A stretch of DNA of 64,000 bases, taken from the NCBI GenBank assembly GCA_951406725.2, contig OX597816.1, positions 66,650,001 to 66,714,000 on the forward strand. Direction: 5' to 3'. The stretch is from Octopus vulgaris (taxonomy: Eukaryota). Positions 1 through 13,655 of this stretch are shown in pieces (position 1 is the first letter of the stretch; each line of letters opens with the position of its first letter). The notes under the pieces are model-generated. The model worked only from the letters and a program-made list of their open reading frames with translations. It ran no database searches and was not told the origin of the DNA. Both the position numbers and the translations under genes were made by a program.

Positions 1-254
1 GATAGCCGAATGAGGGAGCCATCTATACCGTCGCTTGATCTATTCCTGATAGCACACTAACTTAAAACACACAGACACAGAGGCTAATATAGAATCCTAT
101 ATACGCGAGGTTTGTTTTTAAAAGAGACAAATAGGTCGAAATTGGAAGCTTTTGATCACGTGTACTCCCAAACTACCAAAAACAACGACCATTACAAAGT
201 GGATTGAAACAATACAAGTGACCTGTCTAATGAGAGTGAGACACAACGAAAGGT

Positions 255-944
255 GGGCATGAACACTTTGGCACAGCCATTTTGGTGCCTCTTAACTGGC
301 GTCACTGATTTGACGCTGACTTTATTTGACATCTAATGTTTCATTGTTTCTCTCGTTCCCATCCCATCTCGGATCTTTTCCTTTTGAACGGCAGACAATT
401 CCTAGATAACTAAACACTTTAAAATTTCGTATACTGGTAGAATGTGTCAAAATAAAACATTTTTTTCTCTTGGCTTTCTTGAGAAAATTGTAATTTGTTT
501 GTTTAACGTAGTTTAATTTTTCGAATTTTAACCAATCCTATGCTCTCTTTTGAGAGTTGAATGGAGGTAATCGATTGGTTAAAATTGCCGAAATGCTCGG
601 ATTTTCAGACGAAATATCTTACAAACTATAGAATTTTCTCAATAAAACCAAGAGAAAATGATGTTTTATAAACACATTCTACCAGTATACGAAGTTTAAA
701 AGTGTTTAGTTAACTAGAAATTGTGTTGACATCTGCCGTTCAAAAGGAAAAGATCCTCCCATCTCTGGTTAAATGTTCATGTCAACTGCGTTCAGCTAAT
801 TGTCTTGTCTCTCACTTTAAAATGTACGTGTATATTTCTGCGTTATGTACTAGTTTGGCTAATGTTAAAAATTAGTGTCGTCCAAACTGGTTGGCCGTGC
901 CAAGTCCTTTGCGTCCAAACAGCTACGCCAAATTGTCTCATTCC
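255..944. mobile_element. Outer Mutator(MULE)-like non-autonomous element, host of the nested MITE
   Basis: Degenerate inverted termini gggcatgaacactttggcacagcc / cagctacgccaaattgtctcattcc, with subterminal TTTGGCG-like repeats. Flanking near-direct repeat aacgaaaggt (245-254) / aacaaaaggt (945-954) is consistent with a ~10 bp TSD. Confidence 0.6.
371..756. mobile_element. Mutator/foldback-like MITE with long TIRs and 9 bp TSD
   Basis: Perfect terminal IR ggatcttttccttttgaacggcag / ctgccgttcaaaaggaaaagatcc, continuing imperfectly for about 165 bp inward. Exact 9 bp TSD tcccatctc at 362-370 and 757-765. Confidence 0.9.
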
Positions 945-3040
945 AACAAAAGGTGTAAGTGGATATGAATTCATGGCTCAGTAGTTTGCTATATCATTTG
1001 CTTAACATCAGCTCAAGCCTGACCAAGTCTTTTTCTTTTTTGAGACAGAAGGTGCAATTTAAACAAGTTATTTCGAGCAGGTCAAGTAAGTGACAAGAAG
1101 CTCACGAAGAGCTAAAACTCATCTAAGCAGAAGACCATTTTTATAGAGATGGACGCGTGGGATGATAGTGGTTGGAATGAATCGATCACTGACTTTCTGA
1201 TAGAATTAAAAGGTACAGTTTAACCCTAGTGGTAAACACAATTCGGAACCATAGGCTTTGGACTAGACGATACGACCCTAAATTGTCTAGCAAGCACTCT
1301 TAACTATCTGAGTCAGTCCAACTATCTTACGAAATAGATACGACACACTTGTTCGTTAGTTGTACAGATTAAACTGAGAACAGCAACAACATCAACAATA
1401 ATGCCGGTAAACGTATTAGTTTGTATCTACATCCTATATGTGGTTAACACAGTTCTAGATGACCAGGTCGTAGAAAGGGTGGAGAAACAAACACATACAG
1501 TCTGAAGTTTATTATTGCCTTCGTCTGCAATAATCTAAGACAGCTGTAAACTGGGGATGGAGTGGATGATGATTGGTGTTAGTGGTTGTTGAGAATGCAT
1601 AATCTTCTGCTTATGAACTGCAGCAGACGGTAGTAACATCTGCAGACAAATTTCGGTATCCAGCGTCTTTGGCGTACATGCATGTGTACAAATGAAAGCA
1701 GAGATACATTGTATACAAGAAAGTGTATGCGTGTCTGTATTTGTAATTGTGCATGTGTAAGACTGGGTGAGTGTGAAAGTAATTGATGGTGTGTGTGTGT
1801 AAGTGAAAAAGTTTGTGTTACTTTGAAAGTATGTATAATAATGAATATGGGTGTGTACAAGAGAATTTAACGTAAGATACTGTGTGCTAGCGCTTAATTC
1901 ACTGCGTATAAAAGTTCGTTTAGTATCGTGTGTGTGTTTGCGACTATGTAAGTTACCATCCAAGCAATAAATAGATATAAAGACAAGAGCAGAAAGGAGA
2001 TAGAAGTAGGGCAACAAAAGTTATATAAGTCTGAGAGAGAAAGAAAAGTATTGAAGAGGGAGGGATGGAAGAAGAAGAGAGTCTGAGTCATAACCCCAAT
2101 GATAGCAACAGTGATTAGCATACAGCAGAAGGTGGGGGTAGACAAAGTATCTGAGACAGACAGACACGGGCAGACATGCGGACAGGCAAGCAGCTAGACA
2201 GAGAGAAGGATAGAGATGGACAAACTGATAGACGGAGTAAAAAGAAAACGGGGTGGGGGGGGGGGCAAAAAAAAAAAGGAAAAAAGATAAATGGACGAGC
2301 TGGAAAGTACAAACAATTGCTCAGTCACTAGAGCAATAACCTGTAACCTGTTCTGCGATGATGATGATAATAAAGTAATAAAAAATAAAAACAAAATGAA
2401 AGTATATATGTGTATATATATATATATATATATACACACGAAAGAAAAGCATGAGAGAGTGAGGAAAAAAACAACAAAATTAATGAGAATAACGCGCGAG
2501 AGGAAAAAAGTGACGCAAACGAACGAAAGGAAACACACATCGGTAATAAATAAATAAGAAAAATAAGGAGAGAGACTGAAAAAAAGAGAACAGGTTGATA
2601 ATAGGGGAGGAAAAATAGCAGTCAAGTTTATAAAAGGAAAATTAAAGGATTTTCAGAAGGGTAAAGGATAGAGAAACATGTATTAAACGAAAATGTCTGT
2701 TCCCCACAGACTTTCATGTGTGGTTCCAATGGCTCCCCACCATCACTCCACTCCACTCCACTCGAACCCGCTAAGTTTAAAAAAAATCCAACTAATTGTT
2801 AGTCATTTGCAAACATGATTAATATATTTATCTGCGTCACAATGGGAAAAAGTTGCCAGTGTTTTGTTTTGTTTTTTTTCTTCTTTTAAACTGGTGGTAG
2901 TTTGTCATTGTGAATTCGGATATAACCGATTAGTTCAAGTCTGCAATCACTAGTGGGTTCGATTCCACATCTCTTACCAAAGTGTCGGCTTGACTCAAAC
3001 CTTGTGAGCGCAATTTAAGTAGACGGACACTGTACGGTTA

Positions 3041-3260
3041 AAGCGGCGAGCTGGCAGAAACGTTAGCACGCCGGGCGAAATGCTTATCGGTATTTCGTCT
3101 GCCGTTATGTTCTGAGTTCAAATTCCGCCGAGGTCGACTTTGCCTTTCATCCTTTCGGGGTCGATAAATTAAGTACCAGTTACACACTGGGGTCGATATA
3201 ATCGACTTAATCCGTTTGTCCCTTCTGTGTTTAGCCCCTTGTGGATAGTAAAGAAATAGG
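3041..3260 (+). mobile_element. tRNA-derived SINE, family B (ggcggcgagctggcag head; gactttgcctttcatcc..gataaattaagtaccag central domain)
   Basis: A-box-like TGGCAGAAACG and B-box-like GTTCAAATT. Many near-identical copies in the window. Confidence 0.85.
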
Positions 3261-3926
3261 TATCCGTCAGATGGAATGTACATGTAATTTAAAATGCCTG
3301 GCTTGTCACACAGTTTCTGCAGAGACTTTACGTTAAAGGTGAACATGTTTGTGGAATACTCAGCCACTTACATGATAAATATTCACTTCAATTCATGACC
3401 AGCTTAAAACATCGCTGACACCCACAAAGGGGATGTATTTATTGTTTAGTGGTGATGATAATAGAAGACTTAGCTATTTGGAAATACTGCACTGAAGCAC
3501 TCACTACTTGCTTGCGGGGCCCGAAGGCAAATGGAACAACCCTTTTCGTGTGTTGTGTTTATATATAACTGTGCGTGTGTAATAAGTCATGGAAAACCCC
3601 CACTTATTACTAGATGACTTATTTAACACAGAAAAGAACTGTTGCACACAAAGCATCACGCACAGACATTTATCTGATAGAGGGGACCGGTTGTATTATC
3701 AAGCTGCTAACTCGTGTAAATGATAAGATATACACACTTCGATTCCCGCCAGTGAGTTTCTTGCTCCATAATCTCAAATTGGTGTTGGTGTTTACAAATG
3801 TTTAGTTATCAGGTTTATAACACACACACTCTCAGAGTTTAAATGTTTACCTCATTCTTGTTAACAAATTTTAATTGTCAATGTTTATTGTCAATGGAAT
3901 GAAGTATGTACATGCCTGTTTTTACA

Positions 3927-3979
<53 letters not shown>

Positions 3980-3983
<4 letters not shown>

Positions 3984-4182
3984 TATAGCAAGTAATTTGA
4001 TCTGAGATCGTGTGCTGAAACGAAAACAATTGAGCGTGGGAGGTGTTATAAGCCATTTAAGAAACACACAAAACCGTTCGATTCACTCCAACATTTAAGT
4101 TTAAGGGGTTAAACTTAAATGTTGGAGTAATCGAACGCTTGTGTGTTTCTTAAATGGCTATAAACACCTCCACGCTGCAATT
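3980..4182. mobile_element. Palindromic Penelope-like terminal-repeat remnant (same family as 50514-50837)
   Basis: Arms 4028-4104 and 4109-4182 are inverted around gggg. It abuts a (TA)n tract and matches the reverse complement of 50700-50825. Confidence 0.7.
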
Positions 4183-4195
4183 ATAGTCTTGTTTT

Positions 4196-4545
4196 TTTGT
4201 TTCAGTAATTTGACTGCGGACATGCTGGAGTACCGCTTCAAAGGGTTTCTTATGGATATATGTATTCTTTATAAGCCTAGTACTTATTCTATCGGTCACT
4301 TTGCTGAACCGCTAGGTTACGGGGACGTAAACACTCCAACATCGGTTGTCAAGCGATGGTGGGGGTCAAACACAGACACAAAAATAAATATATACATATT
4401 CATATATACGATGGGCTTCTTTCAGTTTCCGTCAACCTAAGGCTATAAAATAGAAGACAAATGTCCAAGGTGCCACGTGGTAGGACTGAACTCGGAACCA
4501 TGTGGTTGGGAGGCAAGCTTCATACCACACAGTCACACCTGTGCA
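4196..4545 (-). mobile_element. SINE family A, diverged copy
   Basis: Reverse complement of the family A head, body and tail. Confidence 0.85.
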
Positions 4546-4711
4546 TATACATATATATAAAATTTTTTGTGTTGCAGACATTAGACTGCAGCCATGCTGC
4601 GGCACCACGTTGATGGGTTTAGTTGCATAAATCGACTCCTGCATTTATTTTACCGGCCTTTTTTGTCGAACCGCTATATTACGACGACATAAAAAAAAAA
4701 CCAACACCAGT

Positions 4712-4950
4712 TGCCAGTTCGATTCTCAGCGGCGCGTTGTGTCCTTGAGCAAGACACTTTATTTCACGTTGCTCCAGTTCACTCAGTTGGTAAAAATGAG
4801 TAGTACCAGTAAAAAAAAAAGGGGCTGGCCTTGTCACATTCTATGTCACGTTGAATCTCCCCGAGAACTACGTTAAGGATACGCGTGTTTGTGCAGTGCT
4901 CAGCCATTTACACGTTAACCACACGAGCAGGCTGTTCCGTTAATGGGATC
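4712..4950 (+). mobile_element. CORE-like SINE body (ttgtgtccttgagcaagacacttt...gaactacgttaagg)
   Basis: Body shared with 13800-13925, 3280-3400 and 60150-60225. Confidence 0.7.
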
Positions 4951-5486
4951 GCCAATATATAGCATAAGTACATGTGTGTGTGCGTGCTTCATTGTCACTT
5001 GAAAGAAACGACGGGTTTCTTTTATTTTATCAAGGCCTTGGTCGGCGCGGAGCTATAGACGATACTCAGCCAGGAGTACACATTGACCAGGATAAGCTGG
5101 CAAGCTTGCAACTATATATGGGCTGGAGAAAATCCATACCAGCCTGGATTGAAGGTTCTGTCAAGATGCTTGGGGGGGGGGGGGGCCTAGTTCGGGTCAC
5201 ACATTCTATTTCCTACCCACCTCGGTGGATAGGAAATGGAATGAGGTTATGAGCAGCGTATCGGCTGAGAGGAAGCAATCTGTGAAAGGTCACGCGCAAT
5301 GGTGAACGCATACGCCACATCCGTTATTTATCACTAACTGATCATTGTCTTGCTTCTGTTTTTGTCTTACCGGGCCAGAATGTATGCTTTTTTTGCTTCT
5401 TGTAAAAAGGGAACGTCAGAAGGTTCAACTGTTAACATCCACTGCACAAGAGATGGTCATATATTCTATGAATAATAATGCACATA

Positions 5487-5873
5487 GGCGCAGGAGTGGC
5501 TGTGTGGTAAGTAGCTTGCTAACCAACCACATGGTTCCGGGTTCAGTCCCACTGCGTGGCATCTTGGGCAAGTGTCTTCTGCTATAGCCCCGGGCCGACC
5601 AATGCCTTGTGAACGGATTTGGTAGATGGAAACTGAAAGAAGCCTGTCGTATATATGTATATGTTTGTGTGTCTGTGTTTGTCCCCCTAGCATTGCTTGA
5701 CAACCGATGCTGGTGTGTTTACGTCCCCGTCACTTAGCGGTTCGGCAAAAGAGACCGATAGAATAAGTACTGGGCTTACAAAAGAATAAGTCCCGTGGTC
5801 GATTTGCTCGACTAAAGGCGGTGCTCCAGCATGGCCGCAGTCAAATGACTGAAACAAGTAAAAGAGTAAAAGA
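5487..5873 (+). mobile_element. SINE family A, full-length (tRNA head, CORE-like ccttgggcaagt, internal microsatellite, LINE-like 3' stem-loops, (taaaagag)n tail)
   Basis: A-box TGGCTGTGTGG, B-box GGTTCAGTCC. About 20 full or partial copies in the window. Confidence 0.9.
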
Positions 5874-7036
5874 GGTGAATGCTGAGACAGTGACATCTTA
5901 GATGTTAAGGTATGGTCGCATATTTTCCCACAGCTTGTCTCTTTGACAGAGTTGCAGCTATGAGTGGGTCAAGCGAAGATTAAGATTAGGTCCATAGCAT
6001 TTGGAATGGTCCCTATTATCTATCAGTCGAGGCAACACAGCAGATAGTATATCAACCTTTCATTCTAAATAGAGCTAACAGTGGCGGGCAAGAGCGAAGA
6101 TATTCTCGGGTAACTCTGGGCGTCCAGAGAACTTGCATGTATTATAAACATTTGTTATATTTAACAACAAATGTAGTTTCCAACACCATGACGGTGAAGT
6201 CGTCCGCCCCCGCTGTTATGGCTCTTACTTTTTACCTTGGAGACCACTTACTTTTGACGGACGAAGTAATGACTTCCACTTCCAAATGGCCCCCGAAACG
6301 AAGAAGCGCGCTCTAATGTCTTTCAATAGTGCTAGCTTTGAAATGTTATATGTTTTTAATGAGTGTTGAGTGGAATGAATTCGAAATCATCCGGTTACAA
6401 AGTGATGTTCACTTTTAACAATATATATTTCATATAAATATGTACCTGAAAACAATATATCTAGGCGGAGTTGTTTAATGAAACTCCTCACTCTTGCTTA
6501 ACATTCATTTTCTCCTTTTTTTTTTTTTTTTTTGCGGGAAGGGTTTAAATATGTTTTGTAATGCTGAGCAGGAGCAAAGCCGAAATTTTCATTTTCTAAA
6601 AAACACTCTTCGTTTCGAAGTGCAACCAGTCTGCAACTTCTTTTAATTATTATTATTATTATTATTATTTTGGTGGTGGGATATTTTTCTATTTATCTTT
6701 TCTTAATTAAATGTATTAAACCTGGTTTACAATCCTGCAAGAAATATTTGGTTCAGAGTTAGGATCAAGGGATTAGGGAGAAGGAGAGAAACTGAAAAAT
6801 GATTGAATTTCTAAATTTAAAAAAAAAAAGTTTTAAAACTTAGAAATCCCGGAACAAAATTCTAAAAAGAAAAAAGAAAAAGGCATGAAAAAGATGCATA
6901 TTGTCAATCCACAGCGAAGGTTCGAAGGCATAATCAAACTTTTCTCTGAAAAATAAATTTTACATTATCTCTCGGGTTTAATATTTGACTTCCTATATAT
7001 GGTTGCACATAAAACAAACACACAATCACAGGTTTC

Positions 7037-7120
7037 ATGTCCGCTTTCTATCCAAGCGTGCATGAAAAGGTACTCGAGGAAGAGTACCTTGCTCGACGCC
7101 ACCAACCCCACTTGATTCAG
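7037..7120 (+). other. Candidate short coding exon MSAFYPSVHEKVLEEEYLARRHQPHLIQ
   Basis: GC-richer unique island, ATG-started 28-codon frame ending at cag|gtaaag. No homology recognised. Confidence 0.25.
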
Positions 7121-7242
7121 GTAAAGTATTTTATTCCATAACCATTTATGTATCATACTAAATGTATATTACGTAAGAGACGAATCTATAAGAGATGTTA
7201 TCTCAGGACAAATACTGCAGTAAGAGGCCTATTAACAGTGTA

Positions 7243-7280
7243 TCATCTATGTATCAGACTTAAGTCTGATACATAGATGA
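7243..7280. repeat. Perfect 38 bp palindrome
   Basis: tcatctatgtatcagactt|aagtctgatacatagatga, no spacer. Confidence 0.95.
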
Positions 7281-7667
7281 GTGTTTCAATTTAATACGGT
7301 CTTATTCCATGCGGTTTTTTTTTCTTTTTCTTTTCTTTCAAATTGTTGACAGTTTGTTTATGGGTGACGTAAACATATCACACTTGCTGAAACGGTACAA
7401 GTGTGAAGGCATGCAGAAATAAATACGCATGGGTGCGCGCTCACATACACATGATAGGCTTCTAAACCGTTTCCGTCCTACTAAATCTCAATCACAAGGC
7501 ATTGGTTGACAGAGCGATCATAATTACACAGACATGTTTGCAACTTAGCACTTTGGGCAAGTGTCTTCTACTATAGCCATGGGCTGACCAAAGCCTTGTG
7601 AGTGGATTTGATAGACGGAGACTGAAAGAAGCCCGTCGTATGTCTGTGTATATATATATATATATAG

Positions 7668-7834
7668 GAGGAACAGTTAATTATGATTTTGTTTAACATA
7701 TTCCTCTCTCAGATTCACACGCTTATTGCGGCAGTCCTTCAGTTTTTCTAAGCCCTGTAAAAGAACTCGGAAGGTTAGGCCTCCAACTGGACCTTTCGCA
7801 ATACCCTTGAAGCCAGGAACTTTTCAGCACCCCT
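7668..7834. mobile_element. Mariner-like terminal fragment
   Basis: Ends ggaacttttcagcacccctc, similar to the mariner TIR at 40343-40364. Flanked by microsatellites. Confidence 0.5.
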
Positions 7835-7842
7835 CACACACG

Positions 7843-7876
<34 letters not shown>

Positions 7877-9863
7877 CACACACACAAAAAAAAAAAAAAC
7901 TTACATAAGCAAAGAAAAGACTACCTTATGACCAGTGAATCTCTCCATACGTTATGATGTTTCTGGAAGAAAAACTTGATTCTACATAGTTATCAGGAGT
8001 TGATTAGCAGATCGTCTCTGGATATATCACCGATAAACAGTGGTCTTCATCTAGTTACCCACGATATTTCAGAAAGTAAATCCCCATGAATAGACTTTCT
8101 CATACAAACTTCATGTATCATTAAGTCAGAAATTGTGTAATGTTAATGAGTGATGAAAAAAAAAAAAGTGCTCTGGATTGTCTGCTGGTCTGTAATGTGT
8201 AACATTTTTTGAAAGGCTTGTTTCGACTAGATAGCCAAATACTAAACAAAATAAATAAATAAAAAATAAAAGTAAAAGAAACTATGTATGTTTTATCTAG
8301 ACACTAACAAATCATTCCTGTTGAATATATGCTAGTCGTTCAAGAGCTAACTGTCTAAAAACGTACCCTCTATTTTTTTTACTATTATCTGAGAAACAAA
8401 TAGAGAGAGAGAGAAAGAGAGAGATTTCCATATTTGATACTGAAGTTGTTTTATGTTCATATGGAATCTGCAGTTTCAAATAAATGCATGAACAGGTGTA
8501 GTAGGCATGTGCATATTATTATAGTCGAATGCACTAGCTATGAGCCACTTGTGGAAAGAAATGCACACCAACATCTGATGCTCAATCTTCAAGATGATCA
8601 ACAATAAATTTAGTTACACAGGAATTATGGCCTTTGTTTTAAGAAAAAGTGGTACGTTTTATTTTGTAAATTGAGATATGTATATAGCTGCAACAAGTCT
8701 TTTAACTAAAGGTGAATTTCCTACTTCTAAATCTAGAAGTCATCTTTTCAGATAGACAAGGTGAAGAAAGAGTAAAATACAAGCGTAAAAACTAATGACA
8801 ATGTCAGTTCACTACCTTTGCAACCATCATGCTCTCTTTTTCCTACTTAGCAAGACGCACACACATCTTTTAGTTGTTTCAGTCATTGGAATGTGGCCAT
8901 GCTGGGGCACTGCCTTCAAGAGTTTAGTCAGACAAATCGACCCTAGTACTTTTTAAGTCCGGTACCTGTTCTACTTTTTTTTGTCAAATTACTAAGTTAT
9001 AGGGACAGAAAAAAAACAACATCGGTTGTCAAGTGATGATGGAGGACATATACATGCATATATATATTCACGCACAATGGGCTTTAACACAGTTTTCTTT
9101 ACCAAATTCTTTCACAAGTCATTGGTCAGTTTGTGTCTATAGTAGAAGACATCTGCTCAAGGTACCATACATCCCACACCATATGGTTCAAAACAATACT
9201 TCTGAACTGCGCCGCCATGTGTGTGTGCACATATGCACTGCATGTATTGAATATATAAATTTATAGGAAGCTGGAATTTCTCTTTGTTGCTATTCTAAGT
9301 TTGACACTTAGCTCTTGTGTGATCTTAGAATTGTAACAGAGTAACACATCAACTTCTAATAAATTAACAAATAAACTCAGCATATTTTATTTGCTCATTC
9401 TCGAAATGCATAAATGTTTTAGTGTTAAAGTTTGGGATAGCAGAATTTCACAGTTCATACCAACAAATGGCTGGTATGAAACTGAAGTCAATCATTTTTT
9501 TTTCTTTTTAGTCATGTGTAGCCATGCCGATCCCTCTGTAGGAAGCTTCTCTTCATCCTCTCTCTCTCTCATAGTAATCCTCTCATTCCCTAGTATAAAA
9601 TTCAACCACCCCACCTTCCCCCAGGGTTTGTAGTCCTGCAAATTGCATGGCAACCTCAATGGTGCAGGTGGCATGAAAAAGAAAGCACCCAGTTTATGCT
9701 GCAAAGTGGTTGATGTTGAGAAGGGCACCCAGTAGCAAAAACTATGCCAAAGCTGACATTGGGACATGATGCAAACCTTGGACACATAAGATCCTATCCA
9801 ACTCATGCCAACATCGAACATGAACATTAAATGATGATGATTTATATATATATATATATATAT

Positions 9864-10029
9864 AGGCGCAGGAGTGGCTGTGTGGTAAGTAGCTTGCTTA
9901 CTAACCACATGGTTCTGGGTTCAGTCCCACTGCGTGGCACTTTGGGCAAGTGTCATCAACTATAGCCTCGGACCGACCAAAGCCTTGTGAGTGGATTTGG
10001 TAGACGGAAACTGAAAGCAGCCTGTCGTA

Positions 10030-10098
<69 letters not shown>

Positions 10099-10267
10099 GT
10101 GTGTGTATGTTTGTCTCACACCAACATCGCTTGACAACCGATGCTGGTGTGTTTACGTCCCCGTAACTTAGCGGTTCAACAAAATAGGGCGATAGAAGTA
10201 CTAGGCTTACAAAGAATAAGTCCTGGGGTCGATTTACTTGACTAATGACTGAAACAAGTAAAAAAGA

Positions 10268-10268
<1 letters not shown>
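9864..10268 (+). mobile_element. SINE family A (tail stem-loop partly deleted)
   Basis: High similarity to 5487-5873, with an expanded internal (TA)n. Confidence 0.9.
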
Positions 10269-10298
<30 letters not shown>

Positions 10299-11127
10299 AT
10301 AAATCATGTAGACACACATACATGTACAAGTTTGTACAGAGACACACTTAGTAAACTGATGCTGAACGTTAAATAAGGATAAGAGTACATATCAAAATGT
10401 TCAGCTCCGATATTATTTTCTGCTACGTGTTTCAAAAATCATTAGACTGTTTTTTTTTTGGTTTAAAACAAAAAAGAAAAAAGAAACGAAAGCTAAAAAA
10501 AAAAATCTAATGATTACCATTGGTTGGCAATGAAACTCAAGTCATGAAGCTGTGAAATTCTAAATTTTAACATTGCTAAGAATAAGCAAATAAAGTACAT
10601 TTGAGTTTATTTAAAAATTTGTTGGAAGTTGAAGCTATATACTGTAGCAATTCTCAAATCAATTGAAAGATGACTGTGAAACTCACAGTAGCAACAAAGT
10701 AAAATATTTCAATATAATTATAAGTTATAATTTCAGATAGATATTTTATAGGAATCATTGTTTAGACATAACCAGTTAAGTGTCATATGAGAAGTAAATA
10801 TTTTCAAATGCAGTTTAGTGCTGTTCTTAGGTTTGTTGGTTCCTGTTAAATCCAACCACCCACCCAACCCATGTCAGCATGGAAAACAGATATTTAATTG
10901 ATGATAAAAGTGAAGTACTTGTACCACATGGGTAGTACGAGTGAAATCCCCGAACCAAGTTTTCAATGATGTTATAGTGCTGATAATTTGTAAATTAGGA
11001 TTGTATAAGAAAATATACATAGATCGGCGTGTACTTGCATTAACATACTCAGTTATCAATATTTAATTTATACATGGTGGTGACTTGCTGTGCTTGAGGA
11101 GACCTATTGAGTCAAGTACATCAACAT

Positions 11128-11372
11128 CGGTGGCATGTAAAAAGCACCAACTGAATGTGGCCATTTGCCAGCCTCCTCTGGCCCCTGTGCCAGTGGCACG
11201 TAAAAAGCACCTACTACACTCACGGAGTGGTTGGCTTTAGGAAGGGAATCCAGCTGTAGAAATACTGCCAGATCAGACTGGAGCTTGGTGCAGCCTCCTG
11301 GTTTCCCAGACCCCGGTCAAACCATCCAACCCATGCTAGCATGGAAAACGGACGTTAAACGATGACGATGAT
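11128..11372 (+). mobile_element. Retroposon family C (gtggcacgtaaaaagcacc...ggaagggcatccagctgtagaaa...ggacgttaaac(gat)n tail)
   Basis: Copies at 9660-9840, 40470-40575, 61277-61470 and 63660-63740 (minus). The (GAT)n tail is typical of RTE-mobilised elements. Confidence 0.75.
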
Positions 11373-13655
11373 GCACACTCACTCCAATTAATATTTTAGG
11401 GACTAACTCATATCAAAAAAAGTATTTGTCATATTAACATAAGATCTAACTTGAAGGTAGTGAGTTGGGAAAAATGCTTAGCAGCACTTCACCTGTCTTT
11501 ATGTTCCGAGTTCAAATTCTGCTGAGGTAAACTTTGTCTTTCATCCTTTCGGAGGTCAATAAAATAAGTACCAGTCGAGTACTGAGGTTGATGTAATTGA
11601 CTTAACCCCTTCCTCGAAATTGCTGGCCCTGTGCCGAAATGTGAAACTGATACGAAAATCTGAGAACCATTTAAAAAAATAAAAATGGAATTCATCAGAT
11701 AGCTTCCACAAATAAATCATATACCATCCCTACCTTAATTTTCCACTGCCAAAATGTAGATGCCAGTGTTTATCACATCTGTTTGGTTGATTGATTACTG
11801 GCATGTCAATTCTTGATTTTTTTTTTTTTTTTTTATTACAAACCAGTGAAGCAGGAGATAAAAAAAAAATTATCAATGCTTCGGAAGAATGCATATAAAA
11901 AAGTTATTTTCTCTCCATCATATATATATATCTCGTTGCTATTATGCAAAAGTGTTTTAAGTCCGAAATGTTGCTTTTTCAGAAAACACAAAAATAGTTT
12001 CACCATTCCATTTCTTTTTACATTAGCAAGTTTCAGCTTAACAATAATACTTTGTTGGGTGCAGTAATTATATCTCCATGCATGTATGATATTTTCAGTC
12101 AGAAATATTTTTGTAAAACTATCATATGTGGGACTTACTACACTTTCGAAAAATGCTAAACCGTTGTACTACACTTTGACAATTTTCATATCTTGGCATC
12201 TGAAGCAGATGGAGATACGATAGCTTGACCAAAAGAACTGGCTATTGCAAGCAAAATTAAATATAAAAAAAAGCATTTGGCCAAATTTGGAGATACAAAA
12301 GTTTAACATAATAGCAATGATATGTGTGTGTGTGTATAAATATACATATGTGTGAGCATATCTTTGTCCCTGTGTTTGTCCCTGTCTGCACCTAACGACC
12401 TGTTTTGGTGGGTTTATGTCTCCAGAACTTACCAGTTCAGCAAAGAAGTCTAATAGAATACGTACCAGGCTTTACAGAAAAACAACAAGTAGTAGGGTCG
12501 ATTAGTTTTTGACTAAAATTCTTCAATGCAATGCCCCAGCATGGCCACAGTCTAATGACTGGAACAAGTAAAAGATAAAAAGTACTTCCATTTCATGTGT
12601 AACATGCTGGGTGTGAAAACCTATTACATGGAAAACAAAATGCAATAGAAGTACACATTCACACACACACAATTTCCTTGAAATAGCTTTTATTAAGTAC
12701 AGTGGAAATATATTGAAACAGTCACATGTAAAGACATATTTCCTTGGACTAAATTTCAATATTGGCTTAATATTGAATTAACTATTTCTGTTGATTAAGT
12801 TATGGAATGAGAAAGAGGGTTCACATGACATTTACTTTTTTTTTTTTTTTTTTTTTATAGTATTTTGGATATTTTGTCAGTGGAGAATTATGGTAGCGAT
12901 GGTGTAGGATTTATCTGTGGAAGGTATCTGATGGATTTCATTTTTATCTTATATGTTATAGTTATGATTATCACAAATGAGTAACTGAAGACTTATTCTG
13001 GATTTTCTTGTGGTATATTCCTGGCAAATATATCTGTTAATTCACCTTCATGTCTCTATTCAACTTAAGTTAGATTTCAAAGGTTAAAAACAGTTTTATA
13101 TATACCAAGACGGACCAAAAAAAAAACCCATCAAACCAGTGCAGCCTACATTAAAAAATTTACTTTTCATCAGGAATTAGTCATTTTCTGATGTTATTTA
13201 TAACCAATTAACTCGTCCTAAATATGTCACTGGAATTTATTAAGGTGTCATAATAGAGGACTTTAGGAAAAGCAGAAACATCACAACATCCCCTTATACT
13301 CCCACCATCACTTAAGATACAGGAGCTGTGCTTCATTAGAGAAATAAACAAATTTTTATACACCAAAACCTTTTTGGTGTGACTGCATTTGACCCTTTTG
13401 GGAGTTAAGTACCAGTAATATGCTGGAGTTGATTTAATTGATGATACTGCTTCATTATGCTAATGTCAGAAATCAGTCAATCATCATCATCAGCAGTAGC
13501 AACAGCAGCATCATGTCCACCAAGTAGGCTGCCTGGTTCAATATTTCCAAAATTTTATTCATCTGCCCAATGTTCTGAATTCAAATCCTAATGGGGTTGA
13601 CTAAGTATCACACACACGTGTGGATTCAATGAATTAATCCTACTTCCCATTATGT

